Notes: generated by a model from the letters alone, not told the origin. A DNA stretch of 64,000 nucleotides from Promethearchaeota archaeon (GCA_016839745.1 JAEOTS010000110.1:1-64000); one strand, 5' to 3'; shown: positions 19,141 through 28,682, numbered from the stretch's first letter. Numbers and translations are program-made.

Positions 19141-19902
19141 CTATATTCTCATATATAACGGAGTATTTCCGTCAATACTTTGATAATCTATTTCTCCTCT
19201 ACTCTTTAAAGTTAGCATGTTTTCTAAAATTTCACTGGGATCCAGTTTTAGCTCAGTAGCTAAATCTTTAACTGAAAGGACTTTATTACTTAATGAAAGT
19301 AAGATTCTTTGCCTAACAAATTCATCGTGAATTGCTTCATCAAAAATAGCGTTAAATTCATCCACAGGGACACGCTCTCCATATTCATTTTCAACTTCAG
19401 TAATCTTCCTCTGCCGTCCTACTAATGCTCTAATCCTATCGCTTGAAATAGCATTTTCCATAGCTTTTAAATTATTGAATAGCCCTTGATCGATGTTTTC
19501 TCCGCTAAGCGGAGATGGTCCTTGTTCTCGAATTGCTTCAATAAACTCAGTAACTACTTTAGCAAATCTTGCTCCTTCAGAAGCAGAAACCCAATCCAAT
19601 CGTATTCTCTTATCAAAATCGACCATTCTAAGAAATTTTTGTACCATGTTAAACTTCTTTTCAGCTTCGTAATTTCCCTCTAAATAATGGCAATCTCCAG
19701 GATGACAACCTAATACAAATACACCATCTATTCCTGTTAAGAGAGCCTTAAAAATGAATACAGGATCAACTCTGCCACTGCACATAACCCGAATAACTCT
19801 CATATTGGGGGGATACTGTATTCTACTAACTCCTGCTAAGTCTGCTCCCGCATAGGAACACCAGTTACACAAAAAACCCAATATTTTTGGTTCAAACGTC
19901 AT
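19141..19902 (-). CDS. MvhD-domain protein with C-terminal winged-helix extension
   Basis: FLCNWCSYAGAD, RVMCSGR, GCHPGDCHY; C-terminal LSVKDLATELKLDPSEILENMLTLKSRGEI. Confidence 0.85.
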   Translation of the reverse strand: MTFEPKILGFLCNWCSYAGADLAGVSRIQYPPNMRVIRVMCSGRVDPVFIFKALLTGIDGVFVLGCHPGDCHYLEGNYEAEKKFNMVQKFLRMVDFDKRIRLDWVSASEGARFAKVVTEFIEAIREQGPSPLSGENIDQGLFNNLKAMENAISSDRIRALVGRQRKITEVENEYGERVPVDEFNAIFDEAIHDEFVRQRILLSLSNKVLSVKDLATELKLDPSEILENMLTLKSRGEIDYQSIDGNTPLYMRI

Positions 19903-21587
19903 TATACTACTTTACCTCCATAAGCGTATATTTCAGAAAGAATTTGTTCATCTGTAAAATGTCTTATAATAATTGCATGGTTGGTACATGTAGCACCACA
20001 CAAACCACACCCTTTGCACAATACTTGAGTTATTTCTATCTCATCTTTATCATTTTTAATAATAGCGTTGTATGGACAAACTTTTATACAGACCTCACAA
20101 CCGGTGCATAAACTTTTGTTATATTCAGGTAAAAATGATGTAGCACCCTCAACTTCTATCGTATCGTGAGATATTATCCTACTAGCTCTTGCTGCTGCCG
20201 CATAACCTTGAGAAATGGACTCTGTAATATCAACAGGCCATTTTGCAGAGCCACAGACATAAACACCGTCAGTAGCGAAATCCATTGGCCGCAATTTTAC
20301 GTGTGCTTCTAAAAAGAAACCATTTTCCTCTAATGGAACTTTTATCATTTGTGCTAGAGCTTTATTATCATTATTTGAAACTAACGGGGTGGAAAGAACA
20401 CAAAGATCATAAGGGATAATCATATCCTCTCCTAGATATTCGTTGTGCACTTTTATCTGCTTTTCTTCAACAATAGGTAGTTTTTCAGGGGAATATTCAA
20501 TAAATATAACCCCTTCTTCTCGAGCTCTTCTATAGTAATCCTCGTAATGAGTGCCTGGTGTATAAAAATCTCTAAAAAGAATCGTAACATTTGTTTCAGG
20601 ATTAGTTTCCTTTATAATAAGAGAATTTTTTAAAGCTGTCATACAACATACATTTGAACAATAAGCCCTCTCTTCATTACGAGATCCAACGCATTGTATC
20701 ATAACAACATCTTTAGGTTGGATTTCATTATTCTGTAATTTACTCTCCAGTTCATGTTGAGTAATTCTTATATTACCGTCATAACCGAAATATCCACTTG
20801 GTGTCAAAAGTGAGGCTCCAACAGCCACAACAATAACACCAATAGTTAAATCGATATTAGTACCATTTTCCTCTACTCTCACTTCATAGTTACCTATAAA
20901 ACCTTCAATATTTTTTACTTGTGATGAGGTGTGGACTTTCAGGTTTTTATTACTTTCGACGTTTTTCTTAAGATTCTCTAATAAAATCTGGGCATCTTGG
21001 TCATTTGGGAAGAGTTTATACAATGTCTTAAGTCTACCACCTAACTCCGTTTCTCTTTCAATTAAGTGCGTCTCAAATCCTTGATTTGCCAAACTAAGTG
21101 CAGCTGTCATCCCTGAAACACCTCCACCAATTATTAAAGCAGTAGGAGTTGCATCCACGGTAATATTTTCAAGTGCCTCGAGCTTAGATGCTTTTGCTAC
21201 ACCCATACGAATTAAGTCTTTAGCCTTGTCAAATGCTTCCTCTGGAAATTTCTGATGGCACCAAGTGTTTTGATCTCGAATGTTCACAAAATTAAAGAGG
21301 TACTCATTTACGCCCTCTTCTTCAACGCAATGACGAAATAGGGGTTCGTGGGTTCTTGGAGTGCATGATGCTACAATTACTCTATTCAAATTATGGTCTT
21401 TAATTCCATTTTTGATTTGTGCTAATCCTGTTTCTGAGCATGTGTAGAGATTATCCTCAGTAAATACTACATTTGGAAGGTTTTTAGCATACTCTGCGAG
21501 AGCTTTAACATCTATGAGTCCTCCAATATTGCTTCCACAAGAACAAACAAAAACTCCAATTCTAGGTTCTTCTTCTTTTTCATTCAT
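19902..21587 (-). CDS. hdrA: HdrA-family protein (matches C-terminal half of the 1004-aa HdrA)
   Basis: RIGVFVCSCG, VASCTPRTHE, GGGVSG, QCVGSR..YCSNVCC, EAHVKLRP, two 4Fe-4S motifs. Confidence 0.9.
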   Translation of the reverse strand: MNEKEEEPRIGVFVCSCGSNIGGLIDVKALAEYAKNLPNVVFTEDNLYTCSETGLAQIKNGIKDHNLNRVIVASCTPRTHEPLFRHCVEEEGVNEYLFNFVNIRDQNTWCHQKFPEEAFDKAKDLIRMGVAKASKLEALENITVDATPTALIIGGGVSGMTAALSLANQGFETHLIERETELGGRLKTLYKLFPNDQDAQILLENLKKNVESNKNLKVHTSSQVKNIEGFIGNYEVRVEENGTNIDLTIGVIVVAVGASLLTPSGYFGYDGNIRITQHELESKLQNNEIQPKDVVMIQCVGSRNEERAYCSNVCCMTALKNSLIIKETNPETNVTILFRDFYTPGTHYEDYYRRAREEGVIFIEYSPEKLPIVEEKQIKVHNEYLGEDMIIPYDLCVLSTPLVSNNDNKALAQMIKVPLEENGFFLEAHVKLRPMDFATDGVYVCGSAKWPVDITESISQGYAAAARASRIISHDTIEVEGATSFLPEYNKSLCTGCEVCIKVCPYNAIIKNDKDEIEITQVLCKGCGLCGATCTNHAIIIRHFTDEQILSEIYAYGGKVV

Positions 21588-21593
21588 TGTTTT

Positions 21594-22907
21594 TTATCCT
21601 CCTTTTATTACTTCTGCTGCTCTTGCTGCTGCACCACTTGCTTCAGCAACAGAACGAGGTATATCCATCGGTTCCCGAGCGCAACCGCATGTGTAAATCC
21701 CTTCTACACTCGTTTCAACAGGCAAAAATGGATGTGTTTTCACAAAATCATAATGATCTAAATCAATACCTAAAACATCTGCTAAATTATTAATCCCTCT
21801 CGATGGGATAATACATGTTGCTAAAACAGCTAAATCTACAGTTAATTGTTTTATTTCAGATGTTTCGTAATCTTCATATGTGATTATTGGGTTATCATTC
21901 TCATCAACTTCTAGATGAGAAATTTTACTTTTTATATATTTGATATTATACTCTTCAGCGCCCCTTTGTAGAAACTTTTGAAATCCCTTGCCTCCAGCTC
22001 TCATATCAATATAAAATACAAAACATTCCAACTCATTGTCGTGTTCATATGCGATCATAGCTTCTTTTGTAGTATACATACAACAAACAGAGGAACAATA
22101 CATTTGACCTTTCTGAGAGCGTGAATCAATACATTGAAGAAAAGCAACTTTTTTAGGATGTTTTCCGTCAGTTAATCTACTTAAATGGCCAGCCTGTGGA
22201 CCTGAAGCACAAATTAATCTCTCAAGTTCCATTGCTGTGACTACATTACCATACTTTTGATAACCATAGATATTTAAAGTATGTATATCTTCTGCTAGAT
22301 CCAAACCAGTTGCAACAATAATTGCTCCAACATTATCTAAACTAAGTACTGTATCTTTTTGCGTGAAGTCAATCGCATCCGCACCACAATTTTGATAGCA
22401 TAACCCACAAATTTCGTAATTTAAATATAAACATTTACTCGGATCAATACGATATGTTGCAGGCACTGCAGCTGGAAAGGCAATTTGTGCTGCTGATTGA
22501 GTAGCTAAATTTGCATCAAAAAAGTTAGTAATTCCTCTAACAGGGCATATAGCTCCACAATCTCCGCAATTGGTACATACGCCCTCTTTAATATAACGGG
22601 CATGTTTTAACACATCGACAGAAAAATTACCTACTGAACCTCCTATTTTTTGGATCTCTGAAAGAGTATGCAGTGTTATATTAGGATGTCTATAACACTC
22701 TGAAAGTTTAGGAGCGAGGATACAAATTGAACAATCAAGTGTAGGGAATGTCTTGTCTAATTGAGCCATTCTACCTCCAATACAAGGCTGTTTCTCAACT
22801 AAATGTACTTGTATTCCCATATCCCCTAAATCTAAGGCAGATTGAATGCCAGCAATTCCTGCTCCAATAATTACAACTGATTTTGAATTTTCTCCCAAAT
22901 TTTTCAC
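21594..22907 (-). CDS. hdrA: HdrA-family protein (matches N-terminal half of the 1004-aa HdrA)
   Basis: GAGIAG, LDKTFPTLDCSIC, CTNCGDC, QCIDSR..YCSSVCC, PMDIPRSV. Confidence 0.9.
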   Translation of the reverse strand: MKNLGENSKSVVIIGAGIAGIQSALDLGDMGIQVHLVEKQPCIGGRMAQLDKTFPTLDCSICILAPKLSECYRHPNITLHTLSEIQKIGGSVGNFSVDVLKHARYIKEGVCTNCGDCGAICPVRGITNFFDANLATQSAAQIAFPAAVPATYRIDPSKCLYLNYEICGLCYQNCGADAIDFTQKDTVLSLDNVGAIIVATGLDLAEDIHTLNIYGYQKYGNVVTAMELERLICASGPQAGHLSRLTDGKHPKKVAFLQCIDSRSQKGQMYCSSVCCMYTTKEAMIAYEHDNELECFVFYIDMRAGGKGFQKFLQRGAEEYNIKYIKSKISHLEVDENDNPIITYEDYETSEIKQLTVDLAVLATCIIPSRGINNLADVLGIDLDHYDFVKTHPFLPVETSVEGIYTCGCAREPMDIPRSVAEASGAAARAAEVIKGG

Positions 22908-22911
22908 CTAT

Positions 22912-24033
22912 TTAAGATTTTTTTATTTTATTATTTGTCATTCTCCTAAGCAAGTCAATTTTACTTGCCTTCCATTCCGTAATTGTAGACTTCTTAGGAG
23001 TAAATCTATCAATATAACCTGAAATCAGTGCATTTTTCATAAGTTCTTCGCCTTTTTCCGTGCGAATTACAACCATTGAATTTTGCTGAACTGCTCCGGA
23101 GCCACCAAAACTGATATCAGCAAATCTACTTGTAAACTCATCACAATCGTGACAATGATTCCTTACAGCTTCATCAAACTTATGAAGTTCAACTTCATAA
23201 ACTTTATTTTCTTTATTAGTTATAAAGAAATTCTTTTTAATGTTCATTTTAGTTATGTTCGCAGGATCCTCGTTAGTCTCTTTTTTCACTAACTGGAATA
23301 ATTTTTCATAATCAAAGTTTTCCATACAGAACAAACCAAAGACATATTTAATAACATGAGCAGGGCTTATGTTTAGAAGTTGCATTTTTCGGACTGCTCT
23401 ACACTGACAAGGAGTTCCTACAAAAGCCATACGAATTTGATTTATATCATAAATTTGATGATGATTTTCAATGATTTCTTGAGCAATGTTATAAAGCTCT
23501 GTTAGAGGTAAAATATTTGAGGATATAGAATATCGAGTCCCCGAAGACTTCAATAGCTCCTCTTTGTTGTATATGATTTTTGGAATAGGTTGTAGTTTCT
23601 CGTCGTATTCAGACACTATCGCAGCATCAATTTTGTTTTTATCAAATAAGTAAGTTAGCAGTGTAGTTACTAAGCCCCCATCTTGCCCCATTTCTTTAAT
23701 TTTATCATCTGTTGTTTTAGCAGCAACAATATCTTGAATATATCCCATCTCATCTTTAATTCGATAATCCTCATTCAAGTGTTTCATCAACGGTTCTGTT
23801 TGAGGGCAGATATAGTAGCACAATCCGCACTCTTTACAATTGTCAACATTCGCATCTGAAATGTATTGGGGTGTATATCTTTCCATTTTAATAACATCAA
23901 ACTTTTGGCTTGAGCAGTAAGCAACGCACGCCCCACAAGCGCAACATTTGTTAGTTTTAATTATTTCTTCTTGAAGGTCCTTAAATATTTTAACATCCTT
24001 TAATACAGTTTTTTTGGGTAAAACATCTGCCAT
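22912..24033 (-). CDS. Coenzyme F420 hydrogenase/dehydrogenase beta subunit (FrhB/FdhB/FpoF family)
   Basis: N-terminal CCACGAC and CKECGLC..ICP; GQDGG.VT, VGTPCQ, GLFCMENF, CHDC, ADISFG. Confidence 0.88.
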   Translation of the reverse strand: MADVLPKKTVLKDVKIFKDLQEEIIKTNKCCACGACVAYCSSQKFDVIKMERYTPQYISDANVDNCKECGLCYYICPQTEPLMKHLNEDYRIKDEMGYIQDIVAAKTTDDKIKEMGQDGGLVTTLLTYLFDKNKIDAAIVSEYDEKLQPIPKIIYNKEELLKSSGTRYSISSNILPLTELYNIAQEIIENHHQIYDINQIRMAFVGTPCQCRAVRKMQLLNISPAHVIKYVFGLFCMENFDYEKLFQLVKKETNEDPANITKMNIKKNFFITNKENKVYEVELHKFDEAVRNHCHDCDEFTSRFADISFGGSGAVQQNSMVVIRTEKGEELMKNALISGYIDRFTPKKSTITEWKASKIDLLRRMTNNKIKKS

Positions 24034-24085
24034 TTTATATCAATTCCTCTCATTGGTCCTATTTTTTTTTTATTCGCTGTGAATT

Positions 24086-24961
24086 TCAAACTGTGAAGTT
24101 AATACTTTCAAATAAATTGCTTGGTTTAACCCTATGAAATTTGAAACCTAAATCATCAGGATTGAAACCAAAAGCTAACGCAATTAATTCTGAGAGATAA
24201 AATATTGGAAAGTTGTAGTCTGTGTTGTTTTTTTTGTTAAGTTCTCTCTGGTTAAACTCGAATTGTTGATAGCAGGCAGGACATACAACAGCAATGCAAT
24301 TAGCTCCTGACTTTTTTATGGCTTTAAATTTATTATCTATCATTTGCAAAGCTAAATCCTTATCAGACTTTTCAACAGGATTTCCACAGCATTCCATCTT
24401 CAAATCGTATTCAACAGACTCAGCTCCAAGAGTTTTAACAATTTCATCTAGAGTAACTGGTTCGAAAGGATCGTCCCATTCAATAATTTCTGAAGGTCTT
24501 AAATAGTGACAACCATAATGAACTGCTACCTTAAAACCATTCAAATGTTTTTCTATAGTATTTTTAACTTTATCGAGATTTTCATATAATACCTGAGCAA
24601 AATGCTTTACATCTACTTTACCGTCGTAAGCTTTACCTACTTTACCTAAGTAATCGTTTATCTCTCTCTTTACTTTTTCGTCCTTATTAAGACTGTAATT
24701 AACACCTTTTAATGTTTCAACACATCCAGAACAAAATGATATTATCCCGCCATTGCTATTGCATAAACTTAAGTTTCTTGCGCCTAAAGTCAACCATGTT
24801 TTGTGATCTATTTGCTCAATCCCTGTAGGATCAGGACAACAACTGAAACCGTCAACATCGTGCAGTTCTATTCCAAGCTTTTCAAAAATTTTTCTTGATG
24901 ATACTTCTAAATAAGGTAATCGTGCGGGTATAACGCACCCGAGAAACAAATCAAATCCCAT
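24086..24961 (-). CDS. hdrB: Heterodisulfide reductase subunit B
   Basis: FLGCVIP, SCCP, CSGC, HYGCH, CCG, CPAC: two CCG domains. Confidence 0.92.
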   Translation of the reverse strand: MGFDLFLGCVIPARLPYLEVSSRKIFEKLGIELHDVDGFSCCPDPTGIEQIDHKTWLTLGARNLSLCNSNGGIISFCSGCVETLKGVNYSLNKDEKVKREINDYLGKVGKAYDGKVDVKHFAQVLYENLDKVKNTIEKHLNGFKVAVHYGCHYLRPSEIIEWDDPFEPVTLDEIVKTLGAESVEYDLKMECCGNPVEKSDKDLALQMIDNKFKAIKKSGANCIAVVCPACYQQFEFNQRELNKKNNTDYNFPIFYLSELIALAFGFNPDDLGFKFHRVKPSNLFESINFTV

Positions 24962-24962
24962 T

Positions 24963-25478
24963 TTATTTAGCCCCCTCTAGAATGTTTTTTTCAAAATTAG
25001 TTTCCTTCAATAAGGTTTTTATTTCATCTATTGGCGCTGTTTTAATTTCTGGAAGACCCAGAGTTTTTCTTCGAGTAATTATTGCGTTTGAATATGGAAT
25101 CGCAATTCCACTTTCGAAAACGGAGTGACCTTGTAAATAAAACGCTTCTGGATATTTATTCTTTTCAAAACATCTATTTTTAATCAGAGTAAAAATCTCT
25201 GTCAATTCGACTTTTTGAGGACAAAGCTCAACACATTTCTGGCATGTTGAACATAACCACGGATTGGGATCTTGGCGCTCAATTAATTTATCTTGCAACC
25301 CTAAAATTGCTTCTTCGATTATTTTTCTTGGGTTATATTCTCCTTTGGTAAGTAAAGCGATAGGACATCCTCCAGAACAAGTCGAACATTGATAACAATA
25401 ACTCAAAGATGCGTTATGTTTGAGGACTTCATTCCTAAACTCAAAATTAATGACACTCATTTCAATAACTTTTTTCAC
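24963..25478 (-). CDS. hdrC: Heterodisulfide reductase subunit C
   Basis: CYQCSTCSGGCP and WLCSTCQKCVELCP. Confidence 0.92.
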   Translation of the reverse strand: MKKVIEMSVINFEFRNEVLKHNASLSYCYQCSTCSGGCPIALLTKGEYNPRKIIEEAILGLQDKLIERQDPNPWLCSTCQKCVELCPQKVELTEIFTLIKNRCFEKNKYPEAFYLQGHSVFESGIAIPYSNAIITRRKTLGLPEIKTAPIDEIKTLLKETNFEKNILEGAK

Positions 25479-25587
25479 ATTTCTTATGTTTCGTAATTAT
25501 ATATCTAATATAAATTTTAATTGATCTTTTACACATTTATCTAAATTTTATTGCGAGATTATAAAATCTGTCCTTCATGCGTTTTGT

Positions 25588-25866
25588 TTATTCGAGGTGC
25601 TTTTTAAGATCGATATAAATAGGTAACTCTTCTCCCTTTGCCTCTATTACCACCCTTAAAAGACTACCCTCGATAGAAGAACTAATAAGTTTAAACTCTA
25701 CTTCAGAAACCTTTGAAATAGTCTTCTCCTCAAGATGTGTTGTTTTAGTTAATAAACATGTATGAGTTTCGTCATAAAGAAAACAATGGGAGCAACAAAA
25801 ACCGATTGGGAGGTAACCTACTATAGAACATCTATCGTAACCGTCGCAATTACAATTATTACACAT
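25588..25866 (-). CDS. Small Cys-rich hypothetical protein
   Basis: MCNNCNC...C...CCSHC...HTC N-terminus; ATG start; same strand as and upstream of hdrC. Confidence 0.65.
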   Translation of the reverse strand: MCNNCNCDGYDRCSIVGYLPIGFCCSHCFLYDETHTCLLTKTTHLEEKTISKVSEVEFKLISSSIEGSLLRVVIEAKGEELPIYIDLKKHLE

Positions 25867-26084
25867 TTTTTAAGTCTTATCTTGAATTGTTTTTAATTGT
25901 TAAGTTATTCTCACTTTTTTTTTAACATACATTGACTAACAATTAATGGTTATATTAATATATTGATGTTATCAAGATCAACCAAAAAAGACTAAACCGA
26001 TTATAGAAGATCGAAAAAGATAATTTATAACTAAAAGGCAGTTTTAGTTAACCATTTTTTATTTTGAACTTTACATTGTATAAT

Positions 26085-26100
26085 TTCACAACCTTGTGAA
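26085..26100. promoter_or_regulatory. Inverted repeat TTCACAA-CC-TTGTGAA, candidate operator
   Basis: Perfect 7-bp arms in the divergent intergenic region between the Cys-rich ORF/hdr cluster and the Lrp gene. Confidence 0.35.
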
Positions 26101-26219
26101 CAATTTGATATATCGATGTATCGAATTTCGTAATTTATTTAAATTATTTTTGCATATTTTGATCATATTATTTGATTAAATAATAAAAAAAATAAAACTG
26201 AGTGATAAGGTATATTAAA

Positions 26220-26648
26220 ATGGGGACTGTAGATCCAATAGATATAAAGATTTTAGAAGAATTGAAGAAAGATGGCAGAAAGTCATTCGCAGATATAAGT
26301 AAAATTATAGATAAAACCGAAGCAACAGTCAGAAGAAGAGTATCCAAAATGCAGGATGAAAGAACTATCAAGCGTTTTACTGTGGAATATGAGCTTGATA
26401 CAAAACCCAAAACATCCGCAACTATAAAAGTTGAGCCAGATTTCAAAGAAATTAAACGGATTCTCGTTGAATTAAGGAAAATTGATGAAATTACGGCCAT
26501 TTGGAGATTATCTGGAGATTGTGGGCTTTTTATGAAAGTAGATATTGAATCTATAGAACAATTCAATCCACTCATAGAAGATAAAATCTCTCAGATTGCA
26601 GGAATAAAAATCGTTGAGACTTGTTTTATCACCGATATCATAAAATAA
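26220..26648 (+). CDS. Lrp/AsnC family transcriptional regulator (start at ATG 26220)
   Basis: DPIDIKILEELKKDGRKSFADIS...ATVRRRV HTH plus RAM domain (LSGDCG). Confidence 0.9.
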   Translation: MGTVDPIDIKILEELKKDGRKSFADISKIIDKTEATVRRRVSKMQDERTIKRFTVEYELDTKPKTSATIKVEPDFKEIKRILVELRKIDEITAIWRLSGDCGLFMKVDIESIEQFNPLIEDKISQIAGIKIVETCFITDIIK

Positions 26649-26851
26649 TAAAACTCTTTTTCTTGTTCCAATTAATAAAAGGAAAATCCTTTTTACTTCT
26701 AAAAATACTACTTGACTCATTAAGATAGGTAGGTAAACGTAAGAAATTAATAATTTCTCGCACTCAGCTTTTTTTAATTATTTTGGGATAGTATAACGGA
26801 CATAAGAAATTTGTATTTTTCTTTAATATCGATGAAAAGTTGGTATAAATA

Positions 26852-27025
26852 ATGATTAGTGAATTAAATTATAACCTTGAAAGGAACATTTTATCATGCC
26901 CTTTTTCGCACAAATGTACCCTTCCTAAGATTGAAACCTTATGTAATTTTCCCGAATATAAAATTTGTCCAGAATACGATTCGAATTTAAAAAGATTGAA
27001 AGCCTCTATAAAAGTACTGCATTAA
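26852..27025 (+). CDS. 57-aa Cys4 micro-protein (not in ORF track)
   Basis: Hand-translated MISELNYNLERNILSCPFSHKCTLPKIETLCNFPEYKICPEYDSNLKRLKASIKVLH*. Confidence 0.55.
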   Translation: MISELNYNLERNILSCPFSHKCTLPKIETLCNFPEYKICPEYDSNLKRLKASIKVLH

Positions 27026-27070
27026 ATGGATTTCTATTTCTTTTTCTATAGCATTAAGTGTAAATAAACT

Positions 27071-28258
27071 TTAGACATATTCAATTGTAGCTGGTGGTTT
27101 CGGTGTAATATCAAAGTAAATATCCTTTGTGTCTGGGAACTCTAGCAATTTATATTTTAATTCTTCAATTAAATCTATCGGTAAATTTGTAACACTTGCC
27201 GTTCTTGCATCTATGCTATTTATTGAGCGAATAATTACGTCATATATACCCTCATGGCTTTCATGAAGCTCGTAAAAGATTCTAGCATATCCTTTCACCT
27301 GTGAAGCAAAACGGACTAATTTTTCAAAATCCCATTCACCCTTAATCGATAATGGAACTTCGTAAGTTCTATGACCATTAATAATACCCGTTACTTTTCT
27401 CAATAGTACATCAGTAGTTGTTGCAGCAAACGCTTGAAACGGTTCTTGTTCTCCTTTGTCATTAATAATCATGGGTTTTCCATATTTTTCGGTGTAATAA
27501 TCGTTGATAGTGGATTCTACGACATCATGGACTTTTTTCTCGTAGTTTAAGTTATCCATTGTCACTGGACCTATAATTCTCGCTGAGAGCGCAGGTCCTG
27601 GAAATGCTTTCCTAAATACTAATTCTTTAGGCATATTGAAGTATTCAAGAGTTTTTCTAACTTCTGGTTTGGTTAGACTAGCAACAGGTTGAATAGTAGC
27701 TTCAACATTATATTCAATCTCTAAATTATGCTGACTTTTAACAAAACCTTGGGGATTTTTTGCCTTTAATGAAAGCTCTTCTTGCAATGACATAGTTTCT
27801 TTCAGATCCGAGATTTTCACTCCAAAACTTTCCTCTATATCTGGTAAAATGGTGCCATCGGCTAATAATTGGCAATTCTCTTCTTTAATTACTCTGCTTA
27901 TGGTATCAGAGTAAGCATTTTTGAATAATTTCCTTTTACCTTCAGCATCTTCTTCTCCTAATATCTTAGGTAGAAATGTGTCTCTAATATCTACAATTAA
28001 AACATCAGGAAATAGTTTTTTTATATGTTCTCTTTCTTCTTTACCTCTGATTATTCGCATAAGTCCGTGATCTATGAAAACTGGAATAGTTTCGATTTCA
28101 GCTTCTTTGAGCAGTAGATAGGTTGCAGAGCTATCTATCCCTCCAGAGAGAGCACAGAACACTTTTTTATTTTTCGCATGTTTTTGTAAAAATTGAACAG
28201 CTTCTTTGACAAACTTTTCGGGCTCACGGGGAGGATCTATTAATCTATGATTTAGCAT
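27071..28258 (-). CDS. guaAB: GMP synthase subunit B (ATP pyrophosphatase)
   Basis: ALSGGIDS, DHGLMR, GTILPDIEES, VKSQHN, FPGPAL, DITPKPPATIEY. Confidence 0.9.
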   Translation of the reverse strand: MLNHRLIDPPREPEKFVKEAVQFLQKHAKNKKVFCALSGGIDSSATYLLLKEAEIETIPVFIDHGLMRIIRGKEEREHIKKLFPDVLIVDIRDTFLPKILGEEDAEGKRKLFKNAYSDTISRVIKEENCQLLADGTILPDIEESFGVKISDLKETMSLQEELSLKAKNPQGFVKSQHNLEIEYNVEATIQPVASLTKPEVRKTLEYFNMPKELVFRKAFPGPALSARIIGPVTMDNLNYEKKVHDVVESTINDYYTEKYGKPMIINDKGEQEPFQAFAATTTDVLLRKVTGIINGHRTYEVPLSIKGEWDFEKLVRFASQVKGYARIFYELHESHEGIYDVIIRSINSIDARTASVTNLPIDLIEELKYKLLEFPDTKDIYFDITPKPPATIEYV

Positions 28259-28399
28259 AAAATATATTAAGCTTGTTCATAAAAAAAAAGTATTTATTAA
28301 TTGGTTATGATAAGCCTAATTTTTTATATAAGTACTAAGATATTCTATATAATTTTACTGTTTCATAGTCGCGGAAAGCGGACAATAAAGGTTTTAAAT

Positions 28400-28672
28400 A
28401 TGGAAGAAGAGATCTCTCCCCAATTAAGACAAAAAATTGATAATGGAGTCGAAAAAGTTTTTGCGTTATTTATAGATAAGGCTTCGAAAGGTGGTTCATT
28501 AGAGGAACTCTTGAAAAATTTGATTACCGAAAGAGTATATGGCAAGCTAGGTCCTAGAATGAATAGGTACGCAGTTAAAAAAATCGCTAAAAAGGTTATA
28601 AGAAAAACAGTTGATAGGGTATGGGAAAGACATAAAGATAAACTTATTTTGAAATTGCAAGCTCTCAATTAA
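28400..28672 (+). CDS. Small basic hypothetical protein (start probably ATG 28400)
   Basis: MEEEISP... helical, Lys/Arg-rich; fills the gap between guaAB and msrA. Confidence 0.55.
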   Translation: MEEEISPQLRQKIDNGVEKVFALFIDKASKGGSLEELLKNLITERVYGKLGPRMNRYAVKKIAKKVIRKTVDRVWERHKDKLILKLQALN

Positions 28673-28682
28673 TAAATTAAAT

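Noticed and set aside
21587-21793. ORF with poly-Leu/His/Gln N-terminus
   Set aside because: Antisense reading of the Ala-rich hdrA C-terminus (GCAGCA repeats)
15657-22907. Possible selenocysteine in HdrA/MvhD, which are selenoproteins in some Lokiarchaeia and methanogens
   Set aside because: All copies are uninterrupted ORFs with Cys at the relevant motifs; no in-frame TGA
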